64,000 nt of DNA from a virus (lineage: Duplodnaviria; Caudoviricetes): IMG/VR virus record IMGVR_UViG_3300032770_000022, positions 1,142 through 65,141 of that record; one strand, written 5' to 3'. Below the pieces are notes generated by a model, which was not told the origin of the DNA, ran no database searches, and was given only the letters and a program-made list of their open reading frames with translations. Numbering within the stretch: position 1 is the first letter of the stretch; each line of letters begins with the position of its first letter. Position numbers and translations under genes: made by a program. Positions 28,948 to 36,736 of this stretch are shown here, one piece after another.

Positions 28948-30271
28948 CGCCCATCGCTCGAAGGGCTGGCGCGCATCGCAGAAGCGGCGGGACGGAGGGC
29001 TGGAGCTAGAGCTCGACCTGCCCACGCTGCACGAGGACCAGGCGCGGGCCTACAACATGCCGGCGCGGTTCAAGGCGATCCGGGCGGGCAGGCGCTGGGG
29101 CAAGACGAGTCTTGCAGAGCTGGTCGCGATCGACGCGGCGGTGCGCGGCGAGTACGTGGGCTGGTTCGCCCCTGAGTACAAGTTCCTGTCGGAAGCCTAT
29201 ACCGACATCGCCGGGCAGATGGCGCCGCTGATCTGGTCATCGTCCAAGGTCGAGGGCGTGATGCGCACTACGACAGGCGGGCGCATCGACTTCTGGTCGC
29301 TGGACAATGAGCGCGCGGGCCGGTCGAGGCGCTACCACAAGGTCATTATCGACGAGGGCGCGTTCACCAAGCCGAACATGATGGACATCTGGGACAAGTC
29401 CATCCGGCCCACGCTGGTCGACTACCGAGGCTCCGCGCTGGTCACGTCCAACACGAACGGCATCGACGCGACCAACTTCTTCTACTCGATCTGCAACGAC
29501 CCGAAGCACCAGTTCAAGCAGTACCACGCGCCGACGCACCGCAATCCGTACATGCCGGCGGACGAGCTCGCGGAGATCGAGGCGAAGACGCACCCGCTGG
29601 TCTATCAGCAGGAATACCTCGCCGAGTTCGTGGACTGGTCGGGGCAGGCGTTCTTCAGCCAGATGTCGCTGCTCGACAAGGACGGCCACGCCTATCCCTA
29701 TCCGGTCGTGTGCGACGCGGTGTTCGCGGTGGCCGACACCGCGATCAAGGACAAGAGTGAGAACGACGGAACTGCGGTGACGTTTTACGGCCGCAACCGC
29801 GCGGTGCCCGGCGTGCCGCTGCTGATCCTGGACTGGGACATCATCCAGGTGCAGGGATCGCTGCTCGAGGTCTGGCTCGCCAAGGTGTTCGAGCGCCTGG
29901 AGCAATTGGCGAAGATGTGCCGGGCGCGGCACGGCTCGGTAGGTGCATGGATCGAGGACAAGGGATCGGGTACGATCCTGCTACAGCAGGCACGCAGGCG
30001 GGGCTGGGACGCGCACCCGATCGACAACGACCTGACGAAGCTCGGCAAAGACGCCAGGGCGATCAACGTCTCGGGCTACGTGCATCGCGGCATGGTCAAG
30101 TTCACGCAGCCCGCTTACGACCGCGTGGTGACCTACAAGGGCGTAACGCGCAACCATCTGCTCGCCCAGGTCGTCGGCTACCGTGTGGGCATCGACAGCG
30201 GCGCGGACGACGCGCTGGACACGTTCACCTACGGCGTGGCTATCGCGCTCGGTGATGCCAAGGGGTTCTGA
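28919..30271 (+). CDS. terL: Terminase large subunit
   Basis: 'AGRRWGKT' Walker A, 'IIDEG' Walker B, 'YQQEYLAEF', nuclease 'ADTA', 'IEDKGSG', 'DDALD'. Confidence 0.93.
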   Translation: MVQTQTIQLDAHRSKGWRASQKRRDGGLELELDLPTLHEDQARAYNMPARFKAIRAGRRWGKTSLAELVAIDAAVRGEYVGWFAPEYKFLSEAYTDIAGQMAPLIWSSSKVEGVMRTTTGGRIDFWSLDNERAGRSRRYHKVIIDEGAFTKPNMMDIWDKSIRPTLVDYRGSALVTSNTNGIDATNFFYSICNDPKHQFKQYHAPTHRNPYMPADELAEIEAKTHPLVYQQEYLAEFVDWSGQAFFSQMSLLDKDGHAYPYPVVCDAVFAVADTAIKDKSENDGTAVTFYGRNRAVPGVPLLILDWDIIQVQGSLLEVWLAKVFERLEQLAKMCRARHGSVGAWIEDKGSGTILLQQARRRGWDAHPIDNDLTKLGKDARAINVSGYVHRGMVKFTQPAYDRVVTYKGVTRNHLLAQVVGYRVGIDSGADDALDTFTYGVAIALGDAKGF

Positions 30272-31752
30272 TGTCCGACAGCTTCAACTCCCCTCCGTCA
30301 TCGACGCTGAACGCGGGCGGCTCGCAGCTCGGCACGGAGTTGATGTCGCTGCTGATCGCCAACGACATCCAGCCCGGTGACTCGCCGTCCTACCAGATAT
30401 GCAAGACGATCTATCTCTATCACCCGCTCGGCGCGAAGATGGTCGAGGCGCCGCTGAACATCGCGCAGTCCCAGGCGCGCGAGATCGACGTGCCGGGCCA
30501 TCCCGAGCGCGTGGCGCGCGCCTTCCTCGACGAATGGAAGCGCCTGCACACGGACGTGCTGATCTTTAACACCGCGAGGACCGCGCGCATCTACGGCATC
30601 TCGTCGGTGGTCGTGGGCGCGGTGGACAAGCCCACGAACGCGCCGCTGACGCCCAAGGAGCTCGCCGGCGAGCAGCTTTTCTTCAACGTGCTGGACCCGC
30701 TGAACACGGCGGGCAGCCTGGTGCTGAACCAGAACCCGAACTCGCCCGACTTCCAGGCGGCGACGACCGTGGTGACCGGCGGGCAGACGTACCACCGCTC
30801 CCGCGTCTGCATCATCATGAACGAACAGCCGATCTACATCGCCTACACAAGCTCGTCCTTCGGCTTCGTCGGCCGCTCGGTCTACCAGCGCGCGCTGTTC
30901 CCGCTCAAGTCCTTCATCAACACGATGATCGCGGACGACATGATCGCGCGGAAGCTCGGGCTGCTGATCGCCAAGATGGAGGCGCCGTCGTCCGTCATCG
31001 ACAAGATGATGACCGGCCTGCTCGGCATGAAGCGCGCGCTGCTCCAGCAGGCGCAGACGGACAACGTGCTGGGCATCGGCAAAGAGGAAGACATCGCCAC
31101 GCTGAACATGATGAACGTGGACGGCGCGGGCACATATTCGCGTAACGATATTCTGAAAAATTGCGCAACCGCAGCGGATATGCCGGCGGTGCTGTTGGAG
31201 AATGAGACGTTAGTGCAAGGCTTCGGCGAGGGGAGGGAAGACGCAAAACGCATTGCTGAATATGCCGACCGCGTGCGCGAATGGATGCAGCCGCTATACG
31301 ACTTCTTCGACGGCATCGTGCAGCAGCGTGCATGGAACCGAGACTTCTTCGCCTCGATGCAGCAGGATGATCCCGAGACTTATGGCAATATGCGTTATGA
31401 GGCGGCGCTGTCCAAGTGGCGCGCAGCGTTCACCGCGACTTGGCCATCGTTACTGCGAGAACCTGAATCGGAACGAGTCAAAGTTGATGATACTAGGCTC
31501 AGGGCAACCATCGCACTGATGCAAGTCATGGTGCCGATGCTCGATCCGACCAATAAGGCGACGTTCTTCTCGTTCGTCGAGGATGCGATCAACTCCGCTG
31601 AAATGTTGTTCCCTGGTAAGTTGACGTTGGATGTCGAGGCTCTGGCTGATTTTACCCCGCCGACACCAGGCATGAATGGCGAAAGCGGGGATCAGGGAGG
31701 TGGCTTGGCTCAGCCAAAACCACCAGCATTCAGAATGAAGGCTGCCGCCTGA
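30271..31752 (+). CDS. Portal protein (DUF1073-like)
   Basis: Position after TerL; 'ARIYG', 'YHRSR', 'GRSVY', 'AADMP..LL'. Confidence 0.85.
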   Translation: MSDSFNSPPSSTLNAGGSQLGTELMSLLIANDIQPGDSPSYQICKTIYLYHPLGAKMVEAPLNIAQSQAREIDVPGHPERVARAFLDEWKRLHTDVLIFNTARTARIYGISSVVVGAVDKPTNAPLTPKELAGEQLFFNVLDPLNTAGSLVLNQNPNSPDFQAATTVVTGGQTYHRSRVCIIMNEQPIYIAYTSSSFGFVGRSVYQRALFPLKSFINTMIADDMIARKLGLLIAKMEAPSSVIDKMMTGLLGMKRALLQQAQTDNVLGIGKEEDIATLNMMNVDGAGTYSRNDILKNCATAADMPAVLLENETLVQGFGEGREDAKRIAEYADRVREWMQPLYDFFDGIVQQRAWNRDFFASMQQDDPETYGNMRYEAALSKWRAAFTATWPSLLREPESERVKVDDTRLRATIALMQVMVPMLDPTNKATFFSFVEDAINSAEMLFPGKLTLDVEALADFTPPTPGMNGESGDQGGGLAQPKPPAFRMKAAA

Positions 31753-31753
31753 T

Positions 31754-31782
31754 TTGCTTTGGTGCGTTGGTCTGCATACAAT
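31754..31782 (+). promoter_or_regulatory. Sigma70-type promoter of guide array A
   Basis: TTGCTT (31754-59), 17-nt spacer, TACAAT (31777-82). Confidence 0.7.
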
Positions 31783-31789
31783 CGGCCTC

Positions 31790-31929
31790 GGCTCGGCAAG
31801 GCATGGATTGCCAAGGCAACGCTGGGTGCGGCACGACGCGTCGCGGCAGGCATGGCACGACCCGGCGCGGCTCGGTATGTCAAGGCTCGGTATGGCGTGG
31901 TGAAAGAGGCGGCTTCGGTCGCCTCTTTC
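31790..31929 (+). ncRNA. GGY-NN pentamer guide array A (two units separated by GGCA) with 3' hairpin
   Basis: 11 + 10 in-register pentamers (ggc-tc ggc-aa ggc-at gga-tt ...), then GAAAGAGGCGGC-TTCG-GTCGCCTCTTTC. Confidence 0.8.
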
Positions 31930-31940
31930 TTTGCCCGCAT

Positions 31941-32095
31941 TTGACAAACGGAACAGGGACGGCTTAGGGTCGCATCGCGTTGCCATCACAGCGCAAGCGC
32001 GATGCTGATCCAGGACTTCCAATGGCCCCGGTGATGCTTCGCATCCCCTGTGTTCGCGCCGGGCGTGATGGGCCGGGCGCCATTGGAGGGCTAAC
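31941..32095 (+). promoter_or_regulatory. Promoter and structured 5' leader of the RAMP-like gene
   Basis: TTGACAAACGGAACAGG; CTTCCAATGGC (32016-26) pairs with GCCATTGGAGG (32079-89), covering the RBS. Confidence 0.55.
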
Positions 32096-32812
32096 ATGCC
32101 ACTAGACCAAGCAACTGCCGGGCGGCGTTCCCGCACGGAGAAGATCACCATCCCGTCGCTGTCTGCGGCGGAAATCGAAGCAGCCAAGGCAGCCGGACAG
32201 CCAGAGATCATCCGGATCGAAAAGCCGAAGCTGCGCACGGCCTCCATCCCGATCGTTGGTATCTCGCCATACGTGCAGCATGCGTTCAGCGAGAAGCAGC
32301 GGAAGAAGATGGAGGAGACGCAGCGGGCCGGACAGCAGGCGCGCGGCAAGAAGAACCGCCAGCCCAAGGACTTCGAGGAGGTCTACGAGGCCGCGAAGCA
32401 CATCAGCAAGGACGGCTGGTGCGGCATTCCGGCTCCCGCATTCCGCAACGCGATGATCGACGCGTGCCGGCTCGTGGGCTTCAAGATGACGCACGCCAAG
32501 CTGTCGGTATTCGTCGAGGCTGACGGGTTCGATCGCAACGACGGGACACCGCTAGTCAAGATCGTCGGCGAGCCGCACATCCACGAGGCGGCGGTGCGCA
32601 ACGACAGCGGCGTGGCGGACATCCGCTGGCGGCCGATGTGGGACGAGTGGTCCGCGCTCGTGCGTGTCACCTGGGACGAGGACCAGTTCTCGGCAACGGA
32701 CGTAATGAATCTGATGCTCCGCGCCGGCTTGCAGGTGGGCATCGGGGAGGGACGGCCCAACAGCCCGAAGTCGAACGGGCTGGGCTGGGGCCGGTTCGAG
32801 GTGAAGTCATGA
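32096..32812 (+). CDS. Stand-alone RAMP/Cas7-like RNA-binding protein, candidate guide effector
   Basis: 'IPIVGISPY' (beta1), 'GIPAPAFRNAM' (RAMP IPxSxLKG-type motif) and C-terminal Gly-rich loop 'GIGEGRP...GLGWGRFEV'. Confidence 0.75.
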   Translation: MPLDQATAGRRSRTEKITIPSLSAAEIEAAKAAGQPEIIRIEKPKLRTASIPIVGISPYVQHAFSEKQRKKMEETQRAGQQARGKKNRQPKDFEEVYEAAKHISKDGWCGIPAPAFRNAMIDACRLVGFKMTHAKLSVFVEADGFDRNDGTPLVKIVGEPHIHEAAVRNDSGVADIRWRPMWDEWSALVRVTWDEDQFSATDVMNLMLRAGLQVGIGEGRPNSPKSNGLGWGRFEVKS

Positions 32813-33249
32813 GCGCGCGCATCCAAGCTGAATTGCTCACTCTGCGCGACAGCAACGGCATCATCGACGCCCGCCGTGCCGTCGATTGGGCGAAGCAGCA
32901 CCAGGACAGCGCCTTGTATCAGGCGCTCGAATGGGACGATGCGACGGCGGCGATCGAATACCGCATCAGTCAGGTGCGGCGCTTGATCGCGGTGCATATC
33001 GTGGACGCAGAAGGCCATCGGCAGGTCGTGTCGCTGTCGGTCGATCGCCAACAGGGCGGCGGCTATCGCAGCGTCCAGGACGTGCTGTCGGTCGATGACC
33101 TGCGTGCGGTGATGCTGTCCGACGCGCTCGAAGAATTGCAGCGAGTTCAGCGGAAATATGAGTATCTACAAGAACTGGCGAAAGTCTGGGAAGCCGCTCA
33201 GCAGGTCGAGCAGGAGACGCGACCGAGGCGCCGCCGCCGCGCGGCGTGA
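32809..33249 (+). CDS. Helical partner protein of the RAMP-like gene
   Basis: ATGA-coupled; 'LEWDDATAAIEYRISQVRRLI' motif; 146 aa. Confidence 0.7.
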   Translation: MSARIQAELLTLRDSNGIIDARRAVDWAKQHQDSALYQALEWDDATAAIEYRISQVRRLIAVHIVDAEGHRQVVSLSVDRQQGGGYRSVQDVLSVDDLRAVMLSDALEELQRVQRKYEYLQELAKVWEAAQQVEQETRPRRRRRAA

Positions 33250-33258
33250 TCACGATCA

Positions 33259-33590
33259 GGCAGGGCAGGCGGAGCATGGACCGTTCCGTCCTGGCATGGC
33301 GTGGCACGCTAGGGCTCAGCAGGCGGAGCATGGAGGGCAGGGTCGGGCGCGTCGCGTTAAGGCTGTGCTTGGCGCGGTTCGGGATGGCTCGGCAGGCTCG
33401 GCAAGGTTCGGCGCGATCAGGCCTGTCCAGGTCAGACTCGGCATTGCGGGGTAGGGCAGGCATGGCCCGGCAGGCGGAGCTTCGCTTGGCGCGGTCAGGC
33501 ATAGACCGGACCGGATCGGCAGGCTCGGTTAGGCGCGGCGCGAAGCGGCATGTCGCTGCTCGGCTGGTCCTGGAACGGCAGGCATGGAGG
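33259..33590 (+). ncRNA. GGY-NN pentamer guide array B (about five long units plus short ones, delimited by GGCA/AGCA)
   Basis: About 60 in-register pentamers; 4-nt delimiters at 33264, 33318, 33391, 33455, 33469, 33518, 33577. Confidence 0.8.
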
Positions 33591-33596
33591 TAGCCG

Positions 33597-34421
33597 GTGG
33601 CAACTTCTTTCTTCCAAGTTGTCACCGACGCCATCAATGACGTTGCCGAATTCGGATACGAATCAGAGGAACGGCTAGCGTATTGGCTAACGGAGATACG
33701 CCAGGCAGCCGAGCGCGATCTGATCTCCGAGGGCGGGCTACAGGCGCAACTCGATCGCGTGCTGGTCGCGACGTACCAGCGGCTGGTGGATCGCGGTCGC
33801 GTGTTGCAGCGCCATTCCGGGATCGCGAGATATACGCTCGAACAACTGCGGCCGCAGCTCCGTGCTGAACTGGATCGCAGAATCGCGGCATCCGCGAACC
33901 TGATCCGGCTCAATCGCGCGACGGCGATCAACGAAACGTTGCAACGGTTCTCTGGATGGGCGTCGTCCGTTCCCGCCGGCGGGACCGACATTACGAACCG
34001 ACGAGAGGTCAAAGCTAACGTCCGCAAGTCACTGGCAGGACTGCCGTTTGAGACCCGGCGTGTACTCGTGGACCAATCACATAAACTCTCGGCTGCGATC
34101 TCCGACATCGTTGCGATGGACCAAGATGCGATCGGCGCCGAGTGGCACTCGCACTGGCGCCAGCAAAACTATCAATATCGACCGGAACACAAAGCCAGAG
34201 ACGGGATCGTGTATCCGGTCAAGGACAGTTGGGCCGCGCAGCGCAGGTTCGTCAAAGCGGACGAGCATGGATTTTACGAAGATCACGAACGCGCAGGCGA
34301 AATGATTTTCTGCCGCTGCTGGATTCGCTGGATTTACGCGCTCAGGGATATGCCGAAGGAACTGCTGACGGACGCGGGGCGCAGGGCACTCGCGGACGCG
34401 CGGGCGAAGGTGATGGCCTGA
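33597..34421 (+). CDS. Head morphogenesis / minor head protein (Mu F, SPP1 gp7-like)
   Basis: 'WHSH...YRPEH..RDG', 'FCRC'; position after portal; GTG start with GGAGG. Confidence 0.8.
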   Translation: MATSFFQVVTDAINDVAEFGYESEERLAYWLTEIRQAAERDLISEGGLQAQLDRVLVATYQRLVDRGRVLQRHSGIARYTLEQLRPQLRAELDRRIAASANLIRLNRATAINETLQRFSGWASSVPAGGTDITNRREVKANVRKSLAGLPFETRRVLVDQSHKLSAAISDIVAMDQDAIGAEWHSHWRQQNYQYRPEHKARDGIVYPVKDSWAAQRRFVKADEHGFYEDHERAGEMIFCRCWIRWIYALRDMPKELLTDAGRRALADARAKVMA

Positions 34422-34568
34422 TCCGAGATGCGCGCGACGGTCGCGCTCATGCCTGGCCGGGAGGCGGTTCCCGGTGTCGTTAGTGGACGTTTCCTCCCAA
34501 CCTTGAGCGGCGCGCGTCTCTCTGACCCCTTCCTTGGTGCGCCGCTTTCTTTTCCCCCCGGAGACGCG

Positions 34569-36518
34569 ATGCCCGGCTTCGAGCTGATGTCGGGCGTGGG
34601 GGAGGACGACGCTGCGGCGGCCGAGCGCATCATCGACGCGCGGCTGGCAGAGCTAGGAGCGAGGTATCCGCGCCTGATCGCGCTGCTGGGCGGCACGCAC
34701 ATACGGCTCGCGCCTGGGGCGTTGCTTGAGGATAGCTGGCACGGCCAGAGCGACCCGGGCCGCATCACGCTGCCGGTGGAGCTGAAACAGGACCGATCGC
34801 CCGCGTCGCCCGGCGGCAGGCGCGTCGAGTTCGAACCGTCCCTGCTCGGTGTGCTGGACCACGAGATCGGCCATGAGATCGAGGCCGGGTTCGCTAAGGC
34901 AGCGGGCCTGGATATCGGCGAGTTGTTCGCGCGCCAGGACAGGGCGGCGATCGAGACCGGTCTCTCGCCCTACGCGGCGCAGGACGAGCACGAGTGGTTC
35001 GCGGAAAGTCTCGCCGCATGGCTGCATCCCGAGCGCCCGGCGGTGCACTTCGACCTGGACCCCGATCTCGCGCAGGCGTTCCAGCGCATCCTGACGACGC
35101 GCGGCGCGCACGACGCATCGTGGTGGACGTATCAAGCATCATCGCCGACTCCATCGTGGGAAGAAGCAATCGCCGCCGGAGCGTTCAAAGGCAGCAAGTC
35201 TGAATGGGAAAGCCTGTCTCCCGGCATGCGCCGCGAGATATTGCGGACCTGGAAACGGAAAGCCGACAGCGCCGGCCTGATCACGGTGGACGACGGCGAG
35301 ATCACGCCTCACGTCGAGAAGCACGAGGCGGACTACACGAACACGGGCGACGTGGAGCATTGCCGGCTGTGCGAGTTCTGGCGGCCGCCCGATGCGTGCG
35401 CGCTGGTGATCGGCACGATCAGCCCGGTCGGCTGGTGCAAGTTTTTCCAATGGCCCGACGGGCGGGCCGACACCGCAGGCGAGGCAGGCGACGATCCGGC
35501 GCAGCCGCTGGTCCGTGGCGCGGGCATGCTGCTGATCCATCACGGCGACGGCGGCGACCGCGTGCTGTTTGTGCTCAACAGGGAGCGCGGCACCTGGGAA
35601 TTTCCCGGCGGCGCCATCGAGGGCGACGAGACCGCCGAGGAAGCGGCCAAGCGGGAGACGCTGGAGGAAGTCGGCGAGATACCCTACGGCAGCGTGTCGC
35701 TGATGCTGCGCGACCGCATGACCGGCGTGGACTACTCGACGTTCATGGCGCAGGCGACGGGCACGCCCGAGCCGACGCTGAGCGACGAGCACACGGCCTG
35801 GAAGTGGGCCGCGCCGGGAGAACCGCCCGAGCCGCTGCATCCCGGCGTGCGCCTCGCCCTGGCCCGCCTGGGCATGAACGAACTAGACCTCGCGCGGGCG
35901 ATCGCGTCGGGCGAGTACTCGAGTCCGCAGCAGTTCGAGAACATCTGGCTCTATGCGCTGCGCATCACCGGCACCGGGATCAGCTACCGGCCCGAGTTGA
36001 GTGAATTCGTCTGGCGCGATCCAAAGCTCTATCTCAATGCGGACTTCCTCGCACGCTGCAACGGCCTGGCCGTCATCTGGCAGCATCCGCCGGGGGAAAG
36101 CCTGACGCAGGACGAGTACGAGAACCGCGTGCTGGGCGCGATCATGCTGCCCTACGTCGCTGGCGACGAGGTGTGGGGCATCGCGAAGATTTACGACCAG
36201 GACGCGGCGCTGATGATGCTCAACCAGCAGCTATCGACCTCGCCAGCTGTCGTGTTCCGTGATCCTGGCGCGAATAAAATCCGCAAATTAACTGGCGGCA
36301 AGCATTTACTAATCGAGGCGGAGCCGTCACTCTTGGACCATCTCGCGATCTGTGGCTTGGGCGTATGGGACAAGGGCGGCAGCCCGACCGGCGTCGCTGT
36401 GGGCGAAGCAGAGATGGCAGATGGCCATATCGAGGTTCCAGATCGAGCGGACGCAATTGCCGAACTGAACCGTGCAATTGCTTGGATGGACCTCACAAGG
36501 GTCACGTCCGCGCTCTGA
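34569..36518 (+). CDS. Multidomain prohead protease-like protein: zincin HExxH + HiPIP-like Cys cluster + NUDIX + DUF2213
   Basis: 'HEIGH..YA...EWFAE'; 'CRLC..C..ISPVGWC'; Nudix box 'GGAIEGDETAEEAAKRETLEEVG'; 'RITGTG..YR..RDP..HP..LSTSP..DHLAIC..GVWD'. Confidence 0.8.
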   Translation: MPGFELMSGVGEDDAAAAERIIDARLAELGARYPRLIALLGGTHIRLAPGALLEDSWHGQSDPGRITLPVELKQDRSPASPGGRRVEFEPSLLGVLDHEIGHEIEAGFAKAAGLDIGELFARQDRAAIETGLSPYAAQDEHEWFAESLAAWLHPERPAVHFDLDPDLAQAFQRILTTRGAHDASWWTYQASSPTPSWEEAIAAGAFKGSKSEWESLSPGMRREILRTWKRKADSAGLITVDDGEITPHVEKHEADYTNTGDVEHCRLCEFWRPPDACALVIGTISPVGWCKFFQWPDGRADTAGEAGDDPAQPLVRGAGMLLIHHGDGGDRVLFVLNRERGTWEFPGGAIEGDETAEEAAKRETLEEVGEIPYGSVSLMLRDRMTGVDYSTFMAQATGTPEPTLSDEHTAWKWAAPGEPPEPLHPGVRLALARLGMNELDLARAIASGEYSSPQQFENIWLYALRITGTGISYRPELSEFVWRDPKLYLNADFLARCNGLAVIWQHPPGESLTQDEYENRVLGAIMLPYVAGDEVWGIAKIYDQDAALMMLNQQLSTSPAVVFRDPGANKIRKLTGGKHLLIEAEPSLLDHLAICGLGVWDKGGSPTGVAVGEAEMADGHIEVPDRADAIAELNRAIAWMDLTRVTSAL

Positions 36519-36521
36519 AAA

Positions 36522-36607
36522 GGAAAAGGCGGCCGAAGCCGCCCTTTCCACCATGCCATGCCGGGCCTCGCTCGTCCCAGCCACGCCTATCCTCGCCTTG
36601 ACGCACT
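36522..36607 (-). ncRNA. GGY-NN pentamer guide array C (one unit) with 3' hairpin
   Basis: Minus strand: gtc-aa ggc-ga gga-ta ggc-gt ggc-tg gga-cg agc-ga ggc-cc ggc-at ggc-at ggt, then GGAAAGGGCGGC-TTCG-GCCGCCTTTTCC. Confidence 0.8.
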
Positions 36608-36608
36608 G

Positions 36609-36637
36609 ATATTACCCGACCGCATAGCGGACGGCAA
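36609..36637 (-). promoter_or_regulatory. Sigma70-type promoter of guide array C
   Basis: TTGCCG, 17-nt spacer, TAATAT on the minus strand. Confidence 0.7.
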
Positions 36638-36736
36638 ACCCAACCCGATCAGGGATCGCCCCGGCCTGATCGGCTCTTTCTCGTGGGCAACACGATGCGC
36701 ACCGCCGATATGGCGTCGCAGCAGGAGACAACTGAA

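Noticed and set aside
30271-31752. Anti-CBASS Acb1 label sometimes attached to this family
   Set aside because: Size, position after TerL and motifs indicate the portal protein; I see no paired HxT/S phosphoesterase motifs.
31790-33590. Canonical CRISPR array / class 1 CRISPR-Cas locus
   Set aside because: There are no 25-40-bp identical repeats with unique spacers and no cas1, cas2, cas3, cas5, cas6 or large subunit in the window.
33246-33593. 115-aa ORF MITIRQGRRS... and similar short ORFs over 31759-31967, 36327-36601 and 38682-38885
   Set aside because: The R/G/A/W-rich text is the translation of the 5-nt GGY-NN periodicity. Promoter/terminator context and 4-nt register shifts favour non-coding RNA.
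28822-34149. In-window targets for guides A2, B1, B2 and B6 (e.g. terS IRGGLP, TerL EIEAK, portal TIALM, head gene QDAIGA)
   Set aside because: Only 4-5 dinucleotides match and several alternative sites score similarly, so by eye these cannot be distinguished from chance.
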